A stretch of 57,712 bases of DNA, counting the filler, from Asterionella formosa (lineage: Eukaryota), in assembly GCA_002256025.1 (NCBI GenBank). It is 5 parts of 5 records of this genome, joined end to end, with 100 filler letters (N's around TTAATTAATTAA, not from the genome) between each part and the next. Parts side by side here need not be neighbours in the genome. Positions count along the whole stretch, not along the records: positions 23,150 to 34,610 come from NKIB01008479.1; positions 34,711 to 46,166 come from NKIB01008482.1; 3 more parts are not named here. The stretch is one strand, 5' to 3'. Shown one piece after another: positions 26,808-39,744 of the stretch. Each line of letters opens with the position of its first letter. Within the stretch, counting starts at the first letter, position 1. A program made the position numbers and the translations under genes. Under the pieces are notes generated by a model. The model was not told the DNA's origin. It saw nothing but the letters and a program-made list of their open reading frames with translations, and ran no database searches.

Positions 26808-27308
26808 ATGAAACTTATTGGTGCATTTGCTGCTTCGTTGGTGATTCCATCCTTACGACAACAACAACAACGACGTTTCCTCATGTCCACCATAGCAATG
26901 AAAAAGCCATTTGCGGTTATTGTTCAAGCTGAAATTCAACCAGATCGAATGAACGAATTTCTCGCCATGATTGAGTTGAATGCCAAAGAAAGTCGCAAGG
27001 AACCAGGGTGCATGAGATTTGGTACGTTTTTGTATACAGGTTTTCTATATTTATTTAAAGATTATGGAGACTACCGGTAGTTCATTCTTTGTCTAATGCA
27101 CGTACACTTGCACGATAACTAAAACATAGATGTCCTTCGAGACCAATCTCAAGAAAATAAATTCTTTTTCTATGAGCTCTACCAAGGCCCAGAAGCCATT
27201 GATTATCACAAAGCTCAACCTCATTATGCAATGTGGGCAAACTTTAAAGAAAGCGGTGGAGTGGTCTCATCGGTTAGTTTCAAGACAGATGGTGAATTTT
27301 TGAGTTAA
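26808..27308 (+). CDS. Antibiotic biosynthesis monooxygenase (ABM)/LsrG-like small protein with N-terminal targeting extension; join(26808..27021,27130..27308)
   Basis: SRKEPGCMRFDVLRD...FFFYELY...AIDYHKAQPHY..W after splicing a GT-AG intron. Confidence 0.85.
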
Positions 27309-27520
27309 TTACTCCATCTGGTATACTGTCACACTTCGCTACCACACACTTCACTACTTAACCAACTCTAGTCGAATACATAAGGAGTACCTAAAGTCTA
27401 TAGAAATGAAAGTCAACGAAAGCACGGTTTGTGTGTGCCTAAAGTCTACTGGAATATGGATGTGTATATATATAGTACATTGGATACACTCCAGCTTTCC
27501 GAGTCACCTATTCGTTGCTT

Positions 27521-28516
27521 CTAATCCGCCTTGAGTGCAAACTTGACCGTTTCAATTCCACTGGAACGGATAATCATAATTTCCAACGTGTCACCGGTGT
27601 AAATGTCTCGTTCTCCCGCCGTGACAAAGGCATCTTTAACAATTTCCACCACTTCCTCGGCTCCCAAGTCTCGTTTAGGATCCAAACGTCCCTTGTGTCC
27701 AATAACATTGTCCAACAATGGAATAATGTATGCTTGTCCAGAACCATTGGCTGAATAGGTAGTACGTTCAAAGGATCCAATTGCATCATACGAATATACA
27801 GCTCCCTTGCCCTCGGCATCAATCCCACCCAAAACATTAAATGCATAATATGGAAAGAATCGTTTGTAATACAAGGTATTGCCCAACATTTGAGCGACAC
27901 TTGGTGTGGACATTGGTTTTCGAAGATTGTGTTCGTACACCTGCCAATGATTCACGGTGTGTTAGTCCACCTGTTATTTATAGAATGGTATCGTATGACA
28001 ACATGGGCAGACCGTCTGGTCTTGTCTAGTCCAGCCTACCCTACCCTACCCTCTCACGTACCTTGCAATTAATTCCCAACACACTGCGCAACTGATCGAC
28101 ATCTGTTTTACATCCAGCACTTCCCAAAACACACGTTCCTGTCAATGGGTAGAGTTTACTAACATTCCGTGAAAGAATTTCATATCCCGAGCTCAATCGA
28201 GTGTCAGCAGCTACAATGCAAAAGTCTGACCCACTAATGGCCACTGTGGTTCCACCGTTAAAGTCATACCTGTTTGATATTTTGTATTATAAAAGAGTGA
28301 AGAAGTGAGCAGATGAAGTGAGTTTCTATCAAACGAGAGAGAGGAGAGCGAATGTGTGATTAAGGATACGTACGGACTAAATCGATGTTCATAAGGAGCG
28401 TCCGTGACGCCATGATCGATGGAATCCGCATAAAGCGAATCGCCTTCTGTACTATGCACTACCATGGGCATGGTGGGCACTGCGGTTCGAAGCATTTTAG
28501 TACTTGTCGTCGTCAT
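27521..28516 (-). CDS. PSMB1: 20S proteasome subunit beta-6 (PSMB1/Pre7 type); complement(join(27521..27940,28062..28269,28374..28516))
   Basis: [51 protein letters not shown]; two GT-AG introns in frame. Confidence 0.95.
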
Positions 28517-29085
28517 TGTTGACTCTTTTATAGTAATAGTCTTTTGACTGGTGGACTGCGAAGAACTAGTGTGGGTGCTTCTTGAAATGTTATTGCATTA
28601 CGGTGCCAGGTAGTAGCTACCAGACAAAGATGAAACCAAAATAGGTAGACTAGCCTGGTACCAGGGTACCAGGTACCACCACTATGCCGTGCTCTCATGA
28701 TCATGCAGATCATCAGTGCCAGCACGATGCATCAAAAGCCAAACCTTTCATCCGGCTTCGGCACCCTTCGATGTTTGTTTCGTCTGACTCAAGATCATCC
28801 TCCAGCCAAACAGACAGACCAAAAAAGGGAATGATACTGTACAACGGACCGATAACGAGACACGCGGTAAATCATGATTGGGTTCTTGGCTGGAGAGCAG
28901 AAACCGGCAGTACTGGTGCGAGTGGGATGGCTTTTCCTGTATATAGGGCTCTGGGAGTATTCTGCTCTATACAGGGCAATACTGTCCGACCGTCGCGAAA
29001 ATTGCATCAGAAAGACAAACATTATACTACCGGTACGTGTGTATCCTGGTACCAGTAGCACGTGTCAGGCCGGGGGTACCAGGTA

Positions 29086-29181
29086 CCCGCACGTTGCGGT
29101 AATATTGCTTAAACTAACAATTTAATCTAGGATAAAGATAGCTAAACTTTTAGTATCAGCAAAATTAACGCAACTTGTTGG
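29086..29181. mobile_element. MITE copy 2, 96 bp, flanked by TA on both sides
   Basis: TA|CCCGCACGTTGCGGTAATATTGCT...AGCAAAATTAACGCAACTTGTTGG|TA. Confidence 0.82.
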
Positions 29182-29607
29182 TACTGTACATGGAATTTTA
29201 TTCAAATTTCTTTGGTAGAATATTTTACCAACGGATCCTGGTACCTGATAATGTGATACCTGGGACCAGTACCAGGGTACCAGGTACCAGGACCATGGAC
29301 CAGTAGTTTCTGATTGTATTCCGGTATGGGCATACTTCCCTGTACATATCATCAACATGCATGTACATTTTTACAGTACCCGTATGTAAATATGTAGCTC
29401 GACACTTTCAAATCGGGCTTATATCAAGTAGAGTGCGAGGTCCAATGTGTCTGTATGTAGGCGTATTGTACAAATATGTTGCTTCATATAACACCATTTG
29501 GCCCTGACGTACCGTGTGTTAGTTGTAAAACAATGGTACCCTGGTACCAGGGTACCAGGTACCTGGTACCTTGTAGACTACCAGTACCCTTGGAGTATTG
29601 TAATATA

Positions 29608-29687
29608 CCAGGGAGTTGCGGTAAAAGACGGTTTTTACTATAAAGAAACATAGCTAAATGTATTTCTCATTCACCGCAACTTGCAGG
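29608..29687. mobile_element. MITE copy 3 (80 bp related subfamily), flanked by TA on both sides
   Basis: TA|CCAGGGAGTTGCGGT...ACCGCAACTTGCAGG|TA; shares ATAAAGA and ATAGCTAAA internally with copies 1 and 2. Confidence 0.72.
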
Positions 29688-29851
29688 TACAGCTAGACTA
29701 CATACACTGGTACCAGGTACCAGGTACCAGTTAAAGACGAAAACAATCCTGGTTCAATCCTCCATTTTTACAATTTTTTGATTGTTCGCGTTTGAAATAT
29801 AGTCCATGCATAAATATCTTCTCTCCGCGCCCATCATTGTTGTTCGATTCC

Positions 29852-31135
29852 ATGCAGAGCATTAATACCACAGGCACTCCACGACAAGTAGCAATGCTCC
29901 CTGAACATGATATTTCTCATCGAAGTCGAGAAGTGGATGAGTTTCACAACATGGAACAACAAAGTATTCTCGTTCCATTGAAACCAAAACCATACGATGT
30001 AGCATTGGAGTTGGAGAAAGGTGAGTGTTTGTTAGCACATCTACTGCATTCATTCATTCATTCGATAACTCATCACTCCACGAAGAATCACCTCGCTCCG
30101 AGGCTGTTAAACTAATGATTGGCGCGGGCGGCATTTACATCGCCTTTTTGTGGTACGGATCTCTGCAAGAAGATGTTTTCTCGTTTCAAACGGCAGATGG
30201 AACCAAATTTACCTTTGTTTGGTTCTTACAATGCATGGAAGCATGTACCAACATCGTCGTCGGATTGGTAGGAAGACACTTCTGTGGAGGGGTTCCAAAC
30301 TTGCCACTGCGGCAATTTGCCCTCACTGGACTGTCGCAAGTCTTGTCCAAGGCTCTGACAGCCCTGTCCCTAGCGTCGGGGTTGTCCTTTCCAGTTGCAA
30401 CCTTGGCCAAATCGGGAAAAATGGCACCCGTCATGCTGGGTCAACTGATTCTGGGCGGGGCCACGTATTCCCTGCGAGAATATTCACAGGTAGCTGCAAT
30501 TATTGGGGGAACGGCAATGTTGAGTTTGGGAAAGAAGGTGCGCAAGTGTTATTATTTCTTCTGCCTGTTTCTGATTGTAAACTATAGTGTACATACACAC
30601 TCACCAGAGCGAATATCACCAAATGAAGGGTGGAGAATCAACGCTGCTTGGTGTACTTTTTATCATACTTTCCCTCGTTATGGATGGAATTACTGGGGGT
30701 GTGCAAAAGAAGTTAAAGGCCGACATGGCTCGCATTGGTTTGGCACCCAAACCATATGACTTTATGCTTTACACAAATATCAGTATGGCTACCATTGCAT
30801 TTATCATTTCCATTTCAATCGGGGACTTTGCACAGGGATGGAACTTCTGTTCGGCGCACCCACAAATATTGACATTAGTGATTCAATTTTCTTGTTGCTC
30901 GGCAATTGGACAATCATTCATCTTTTATACCGTGGCAAACTTTGATCCATTAGTGTGTTCGACTGTGACCACGACAAGAAAAATCGTCTCGGTTCTTCTC
31001 TCGATCATTCTCAAGGGACATACACTTTCGTTGCAGGGACTGGGAGGATTGTCCTTGGCGATTGGAGGAATTTTAAGTGAAGTGCATGCCAAAATCAATT
31101 CTTCAAGAAAGCTCAAATCAAAAGTAAGCATGTGA
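29852..31135 (+). CDS. UAA-family solute carrier (SLC35B1/HUT1-like); probable join(29852..30020,30086..30537,30608..31135)
   Basis: GIY..FL.YG.LQE, SFPVATLAKSGKMAPVM, SLVMDGITGGVQ, AIGQSFIFYT, TVTTTRK motifs; first intron acceptor is uncertain. Confidence 0.88.
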
Positions 31136-31466
31136 ATATGGAAGGGTGACCAACTACTAACTACCCTCAAGAGAAAAACAATGGTAGTAATACACTCAGT
31201 AACCGAACGCCAAACCTTAGTTTACGAGAGTGACTTGCAAAGGTATCTAAAAAAGTCGAGTGTTGGAGGCAAACATTATAACATTTTGCAATATAAAAAA
31301 ATAGTGTGACACTGATAGTTATTAATGATGACAAAGTGGGTACTACCGGTATTCAATCTTTTGAAAGAAGCAGTTACATGTTCCTTGCATTGATTCTACA
31401 TATATCTCCCAGTTCCTCATCAGTTACCGGTAGCTCGCGGTATTAATGGTGGCATTCTTTCCCTGC

Positions 31467-32211
31467 CTATGATGGATCTCTTTTATTAGTATAGTACATG
31501 GAATGTATTCGATATAATCCCAATTGACTCTCTGCATACGATTCAGTACATTGTTGCAGTTGAATGGCCAATTTCCGACATGCCAATTTCGTAGCTGTAC
31601 TAGTGATAGTAGTAGTAGAAGTACTACCGGTGGTCGTATATTCGTCCGACATCATGTCAATCAATTGTTGAAAAACAGTTCGTCGTTGTATGGCATCACG
31701 TTTGACCAAGGCTTGCCATGCATGCAATAACAATAAACAGCATGATTCCTTGCTCTTGATGGATACGATACAATCCATATAATGTTGACAACGTTCCAAA
31801 ACAACATGATGCGATACTTCATGACAAAGAATGGCTTGATGCAATTGGTTCATACTTGAAAGTATTTTGTAATTCGTTAGTTAGTTGGTTAAACAAAAAT
31901 GTAACATGTGTGGGATGCATTATTCGTACCTTGCCGGAGAAACACCTGAATCAATGAATACATGAATGACAAGTTGTAAACATGCCGATAATTGTTGATT
32001 GGCTTCCTTTAACGTCTTTTTTGGTTTTTGTTGTTCTTGTTGACGATATGTCATCTATTATAAAGAAATAGACATCATGGTGGTGAGTTTTTGAATTCAA
32101 AAATCAGAATCTTGATCGAAATGCATACAATAAAATGTAAACCAATCTCACCTTATTCTCGTCATCATTAGAAGACGAAGGATGAAACAAAAATGCAGCT
32201 GATGGAGGCAT
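31467..32211 (-). CDS. Hypothetical protein; probable complement(join(31467..31854,31930..32054,32152..32211))
   Basis: Three exons (MPPSAAF..., MTYRQQ..., SMNQLHQ...) join in frame through GT-AG introns; no family recognised; 3' end uncertain. Confidence 0.5.
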
Positions 32212-34170
32212 CTTTACATACTATACTCTCTACTAAGATGTGTTCCGTAGAGCGGAATGTTTGTTCGATGCAAACGAAAGGAATCAGAAATGGTTTTGAC
32301 GCTTGCTTGCTCAAGTTTTCGAACAAAGAAGAGAGTGAGAGTGAGAGTGCGAGATGAAACGAATGAACTGCGGTAAATCAATAATAATGAATCCCACTTT
32401 TGGTTCTTATCAAGTTTTGTTTCATTCTTGTACATATTATTAGTGTTCTTGGATTCTCCTCGCTCACACCACCACTCAACGCACCCACACATGTATTTTG
32501 TAACTATCATACCGGTATGTAGAGATAAATATCGAATACGATAAGATATATGGCTGCACCAGTAGACCTACCAGGTCCAAGGTAAGTATTTATGCTAGCT
32601 AGTGTGAGATACATTTCACAGCTACCGGTACGGAATACGAACCGTTAACACGACTCGCCGTTTATTACCGTACCCGGTAACTGGACCTGGTGCATGACGA
32701 GAAGAAAATTGTCCTTGTTCGCTCGTCCTGGCAATAATTTTGACCGGTATGCAGCTACCGCACTTCTGCATATTTGCCGGTAGACTAACTGGAATACATG
32801 TAGCAATAGTATATGCACAGGGAAATTGGTATGTTATGTAGAAGTGGCCGACGCACACGTAACTACGCCGTTTGCCTGGCTTCCGCTGCTTGCTGGTGCC
32901 ATGGTCCTGTTTAGATAACTCAAAATGCATGCATATATGTGTGATTATCAGGAGAAATAAAAATAGTTACCGGAATACAGGTGCTCAGCACCAGTAAAAA
33001 AATGCCATGTGACCCATTGAGTTACCGGTAGGGTGCTTGTTTGACTCCTCCGACTACTGGTAAATTTCTACCGAATTGCGGATCCGTTTGTTCGATAGTG
33101 TAAGTGCAGCATCCATCAATCAAGCTGGCTGTCGTGTTAGAATTCTGATAGAACGATTTCATCAGAAGAGTCGGCGATGATAATAAAACAGCTAAAAAGT
33201 GATTTCAATGGGTCACGGCAGTTCATACTTTTTTCTTGATAAACGACTATAAATTTATATACATTTTTGAGGACGGATTAGGAAGCTTTTCTAAAAATCT
33301 ACGATACATAACTGCCACTTCTCTCCAGAAGTTAACTCCTGACGTTATGGGCTACACGGCTACCTATTTTAATCGTCATGAAACCCCGTAGATGTAGAGC
33401 AATCCTTTTCCAAAAAGTCGACCCGATCGGTTTTTTCAACAGTGGCCAAAATATTGGAATCGGAATTAGTACATGCAAAAACGTCCTCGTAGACTTAGAG
33501 TCTTGCGTAGGTATGTTTCGCTGAATAATTCTCTGTCCGAAAAGAGTCCAGGGTGAGTTTTCGCATCACTACACATATTCTGATTGGTTGAATTGAATTT
33601 ACTCACCTGCTCCAGATCGGCCGAAGTATTCCGGTCTTATACAATTACGCCAGCCATACTTGAACCACATGAATTATATGTAATGTACCGTTACTCGGTA
33701 GGTGAAATAAGTACTACCGGTAGTTTCATCATCCGTCGTCATTAGGTAAGTACCTTGGTACACCGTCACTCCGGTATTGGTTAATGTACCGGTATGTGCC
33801 TTTGAGTGTAGGGTAATACCGATATGCCTTTTTAAATCTACATACAGCAACAAAGATTCAATACAAACGGATAAAAATTATCATGAATATAAATTTAGGA
33901 ATGGCGTGGAACAAAATTATGTCTACATTCAGCAACGTAGATATAATAAAAACGTTGAAATATCATTTTTGTTTGTTTAAAATTGAATTCTGTCTATCTG
34001 GCGCCAACACCTATTTAATTCAAATATTCAAATGGACACTCGAATCATGGGATCTCATAGCAGCAAACTCCCTGTTCCATTCAGTTTTTACAATCCTAGC
34101 GACGTTTTCTCCAAACTACAGTTGAGCCGAGGGCCACAACCTTAAAGCGCTTGTCAGGCCGTTGCTAACC

Positions 34171-34225
34171 GTTGACCCAAAAGTTTTTGGGTTTTGGTTT
34201 TGGTTTTGGTTTTGGTTTTGGTCAA
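34171..34225. repeat. (TTTTGG)5 tract closed by a short inverted repeat
   Basis: GTTGACCCAAAA at 34171 pairs with TTTTGGTCAAC at the end of the tract. Confidence 0.8.
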
Positions 34226-34482
34226 CTGACGCAAAAATGATGCTATCGGTTCTTGGGAAATCCTAAATGCTGTCAACCCCCCATCTACTGTGATGTAGGA
34301 TGACAAAACCATTATAAAAAAAGTAAATTATTTCTATTAGGCTGCTTTTATAAATGAATTCTTATGATTCCTATTAGGGAATGAGTTAGTTTTTCCCACA
34401 ATTTGAGCGATGCTGCTGTCTTGTTGTCATCCAACTACACACCAGTATGTATATATATATAGAATATAGAGTCGTAAATATC

Positions 34483-34610
34483 GTCTGTAAATAAAAAGTA
34501 TCATGCATATAGGATCAAGGGTATCGTACGCTAAGTGGCACAGGATTTTCGTATATATGATAATTTTTGGATCAAAAATATGATCAAGGTATCTTGTATC
34601 TATGATGATT
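34483..34610. repeat. Inverted copy of 6133-6260, truncated by the gap
   Basis: Direct reverse-complement comparison. Confidence 0.9.
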
Positions 34611-34710
34611 NNNNNNNNNNNNNNNNNNNNNNNNNNNNNNNNNNNNNNNNNNNNTTAATTAATTAANNNNNNNNNNNNNNNNNNNNNNNNNNNNNNNNNN
34701 NNNNNNNNNN

Positions 34711-37430
34711 GTACTAACCCTGACAACGAGGAACTCGTGGACGCTCTACAATATATTGCCGCCTGAATCGACTGTTTGAGATTTGGGATTCGGATGTAAG
34801 TTATAGGCAGGAAATTGATGACCTTTTTTGCCATGTATCACTTGCAAAAACAATTTTTCGTGCTAAGGAAAAATGCCTTGTTTCATATGACCTTGTTAAA
34901 ATGTCATGCTTTAATCAATGTAATTGTCTATTGACACGCTTACTGGGTCGTTTCAATTTGTCTTTCAAAAAAGACTCCAAATATCCACCAAAACAATTAA
35001 GAGGAGATCTGAACTTCCTAATCAGATGAGGGTAATGTTTCATTCCATGAAATTTTGCCATTCGTAAGCCAATTTGAGATATCATTTCCCATTGGGGGAC
35101 CAATCATAATCTTAGTAACTGACATAAATCTCTTAACCCTTTCCTCTAAAATATCAATACATGTTAATGTATACTGCGTTATGAATAGAGCTTCATTGAT
35201 AGATATACATAACCATAACAGCAATGTGAAATCCTTTTCTAGGTGCATGTTCTCTGAACCCATCATTCCACCCATTGAAAAAATAGTTAACAGACATAAT
35301 CCGGGAATTTCTTGCCCTGACATTTTTGACAAAGCTGTCATCCCAGATCTGAATGACAATTTTGGAATATCACAATCGCTTTGCCTTTCCAAATGACTAT
35401 TGATATATCTAGCACTTTGTTGTAAGTATAGTTTCGAAAATACATTTCTGGTGCTGGTACAAGTGTTGGGTCTTGATTTTTGCCAGTGTAGATATTTTTG
35501 ATAACTGGTGCGTGTGTCCTTTTTGGTCTTTGCCTGTTTCTTCAGTTGATCTTGATCAAGAAAAGCAGTGTCTGTTGTTTCAGTGATACGTTTCTGATCA
35601 GAGATGTTCTCTGGAATATCTGGAGATTTTCTTTCTTTAAAAAAACATGTCCATTCTTCAGGGATAGTCCGATAATTGTACAATGATTCCAAAATGTACT
35701 TAAATATTCCAAGTAGTAATTGATGAAGAACCTCAAATGGAGTTGCACCAAATAATCCTTCTAAGTCACCACCAAAACAACAAATGATTTATTAGTGCAG
35801 GCACAATAGGATTATGCGATATAACACTGCACCACTCGTTTGCTGTTGCGTATTTGCCATTAGATTGGGAGACACAATACACAGGTGGCTGGGATACATG
35901 GTAATTTTCCATCGGGATATGCATTTTTGTCAAGAAATTTGTTTAAAAACTTTTTGACATCTGACACTTTACGACGTTCACATCCAATATTGGGATTATC
36001 AGCATCTTCAGTTGAAACCAGGCAATCACGACAAACATATCGTCGATATTATCCATTACCACCCCTGAAACCACAAATTTGTTGTGCTCTTCTAAATCAC
36101 CAATGATCATTCCAATCTGGAAATAAAATTTTGTCATACCAAGACCATGAGCCCAAATATCGTATGACTTGTTTGGATCGCTCTTCGAATGGCGACAATA
36201 GAAATCCTGTAACAGAATGGTATAATTTGAGTCTACACAAGGACAAGTCATCACCAGATAACTTATTATTCATTTGTTTCTCCAGATCACTGACTTCAAT
36301 GTCTGGAAAAAGAGATACCAATTGCCATCCATCAACTTTTTTCATTCCTTCCTTCTAACGTTAAGTTTAACATTGTCAACAAAAACGGATGCTCGGAATG
36401 TTTCATTTGTTTATCAATAGGTGAACCATCACTGAAAACTGCTAGGGCAACAAATAAACACCCTGTCTTCAACACTCCATTTTCTGATGCAGGAGAATTG
36501 TTGAATCCATTTTCAAACCAAGTCGCGGAAGTTACTTCGTCATATATATGCATGCGTTCTCCACAAGTTGTAAGTTTCACTTGTGGGCGACATACAAAAT
36601 GTTGCATGAAATCGGAATCACGTAGCAATCCTGCCATGAGCTGTGCTGGTTCGAAATAATAGAGTATGTGTGGGATGATCATGTTTGAATTGTTATCAAT
36701 CTGTATTTGTTTGGTCAACAGTTGAACACCAGCTAATGTTGGTGGAAATGAAATATCCATGCGTTTTTTCAAAGTCTGGTAGGATGGAGCTTGATACCTT
36801 GCTTCCATCAAAATATTTCATTGCTTTTGCCTTGAACAGCCAATTCATTAGATGATCAAAGTAAACTGTTGGAAGGTAATTCTTGTTAAGGAATAACATG
36901 AGTTCTAATTCGATTGGATGCATGTTTACTTGGAAGTTGAAATTGAGGAGGAAGGGGCATTTCCATTGCATTTTCAGGGAGAAAGCCGGGTGATCTTGAA
37001 AATCTGAATATTGCATGGTTTCTGAATTCAATCCTTGGAGAGTTTTTAGTCTCAATTGATCGTCTTGTTGTGTCTGAATATTGGTATAAACTGAATCGTC
37101 GCTGTCGTCATGAAATGGATGACTATGGCCACTTGATTCAAGGATAGGACACATATTCTTTTCTTGTCTACTACTCTCCCTAAATGCTGCAGCAGTTACA
37201 CTGCCATTAACTTCTTTCCTTTAATGATTCGATGCACTACCGCAATACATAGTTTCATTATGTATTCCAGGAACTCGATGTTCTTGCATGCAATGTTGAC
37301 AGTGACCATATGCATAAAATACCCGTTTCTACAATTTCGGTTGTGAGAATCAGATGGGGATTTGTTCTTTCGAAATTTGTAGTTACACAGATAACACCAT
37401 TGCAATGTCCGCAAAGAAATTGCAAATTTC
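34711..37430 (-). mobile_element. Plavaka-like (CACTA-related) transposase pseudogene
   Basis: Across frameshifts: AVFSDG...HPFLLTMLNL, WQLVSLFP, LKLYH, IIGDLEEH..C...CRDC, GLFGATPFEVLHQLLLGIFKY, KMSGQE, KFHGMKHYPHLIRKF...N...LES...K.P.KR. This is the motif order of Plavaka transposases. Confidence 0.8.
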
Positions 37431-37738
37431 AAATGATGACCAAGTCAGGATATGAACAGGATAGAAGGAAAATGAATTACCGGTAATAATAATAATAATA
37501 ATAATAATAAACTTAGCATCACTCCGATCCTGCTGTGTAGGACAATACAGAGTCATGAAATTATCACTCCACCATTGTAGTAAAAATGGAGGTATGCCAC
37601 TACATATAGTACAGGCGGCACTAATAGTAGTATAGAACAGCGTCAATGCTTTCCCAACATCTATGATGTGGTTTGCACTGTAGAAGTCTCACACTAACTA
37701 TATTTATTATGTAACTACTAAGTTTGCATCGGATTCCA

Positions 37739-39538
37739 TTAGATCCATTCAAAATCAACGTCGTCATCAATGTCCCGTTGATTAATGCATTCATTGTAAT
37801 CAATATTCTTCTCAGGAACATTTGGTTGAAGTGGTTCAACATATTGATGCATATCCTCTTCACTTACGTTGGGAAATGAGAAGTACTTCCTTATACTAAT
37901 AAACGAGTATATCATCAGTCCATTGATCAGTGAGACCATTTGAAACTGAACTTTCTTCCCTCACACTTTTTTTGATAAGTGGTTTCCCACCAATGTCGAC
38001 AAAATCGGTAGAATGACGAATATCGTTCTCTGAAATTTCCTGCGTATCTGGATTGAAACCCAAATATTTTTGTTGCAATCGGAATTTTCATTTCAGCACC
38101 AAGAAGCAAAAGGCTTCTGTACTGGCATTGATCAGCGAACAAACAAAATGTGATTGCAATTCGCAGTGTGCCTTAAGACTGAGTTGAAATTTGGTCACAC
38201 CAGATTTGTCTCCTGTTAAAAATGGTTCTCCACGGCTTGTCCTGCCAATAAAATACACTGGAGCAAGAAAATCACGCCAGACTTGGTATCCTTGGCTTCC
38301 CCTGTCAATGTCCTTTGACTGCGCAAAACGATAAAGTGTGAACGCCCAACTAATAAAGTCATCAATATCCATATTCTAGAAGTTATATACTGTTAGAACA
38401 GCTGGTGTGTCATGAATTATGTCAGCATTTTTAAATTGAAACATATTTGATAAGAATACAATCACCGACTCAAAACATCATGCTTTCAGAGCATCTCCCG
38501 CCCTGCAAGAACTTACCTAAGATTCCTTTAAATTGATTATTCAATACATTCTGACATTCTCTCAACTTTTTATGCACATGCCACCAAATGTTGATTTGAT
38601 GTAATCTAAACATGCCTTGTTGGTACGTTCAATGGTCTGATTCATTGGAAGTACTAGTGCATCAGAACCATTCCATATGAAATCGGCAAGCTCTGGGTCA
38701 CTCTCGAATTCTTTGCCTAACTCCGGTTTCACTGTGTATAGCCGAGTTAGGCAACATTCGGCAAACCAATCCTGTTTGTGATTGGTAATGCCTTTCATAC
38801 TATTGGGACCGCCCAGATAGGGCGGGATGTTTGATTCTCTTATGGGACCAGAAAAAAGCACATTAGATTGATATTCTGTTTTACAGTACTAACTGCAATT
38901 CACGAACTATAGCTAACATCAAACTTACATGTTCACAGCAAAACTTCTTGGTCTTGAAAATAAAACTCACAACCTTTGTGACAATTGATGGTTCAATTTT
39001 AGCTAAGCGGGAAATTTCTGATAAGGCTGCTGAAATTGAAGATTCTTGATAACCTCGTATAGACGAGTTTTGAACCGAATTACGACCTTTGTAGTGATTG
39101 AGTTCATTGACCAATTGATAATATCCTTTGGCAAGTGCAAAATCTTTTTCCCTCAGTTTGTCATGTACTTGTTGGTCCGTGCGATTAGAAAATTTATGAT
39201 ATGGTACCATGTTGTCCATCTGCATCCGGGAGTTATTAATGGTATCATCGACAAGAGCAGTTTTTCTTGTATCAACAACTGAAAAAGAAACGTCGCTCAT
39301 CATCGCTTTCAGTATCAATTATGGGATCCTTTGTACTAGTAGCTGATGGTGTCCCCATCGACGATGGGGTAGTACCCCCAACGTCTCCCAATCGCCGATT
39401 GGGTTGCTTTGGATAATTGCCTATTCGCTTTTTCTTTGTTAACTCATTTTGGTACTTGCTTCTTCTTTGTTCCATACCGGCAGTATATGCCACATGTCGC
39501 TTGTTTCCATGAACCTCTTTATGGTTTTTTGAAGACAT
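37739..39538 (-). pseudogene. Fragmented accessory ORF (~600 codons) upstream of and co-oriented with the Plavaka-like transposase
   Basis: Abutting minus-strand ORF pieces from MSSKNHK to DDDVDFEWI*; its 3' part is duplicated with the transposase start at 4192-4620. Confidence 0.65.
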
Positions 39539-39744
39539 TGCTTGAACTACTAGATAACTGTTGTAGTTGTCTTCCTTAAAGTTCGATGATCTTAAAATCA
39601 GGTGTTGCTAGCTACAATGAAATAATCATCAGCTACTACATATAATATTTTACACTGTCTAGATATGATACCATAAAACCAACAGTGCTATTTACATTAT
39701 CATATACAAAATCAGAACCAAGTTTGAGTAATAGCATATCTTGT

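Noticed and set aside
34192..34221. Telomere
   Set aside because: Only five internal units and not the TTAGGG type expected; no chromosome end.
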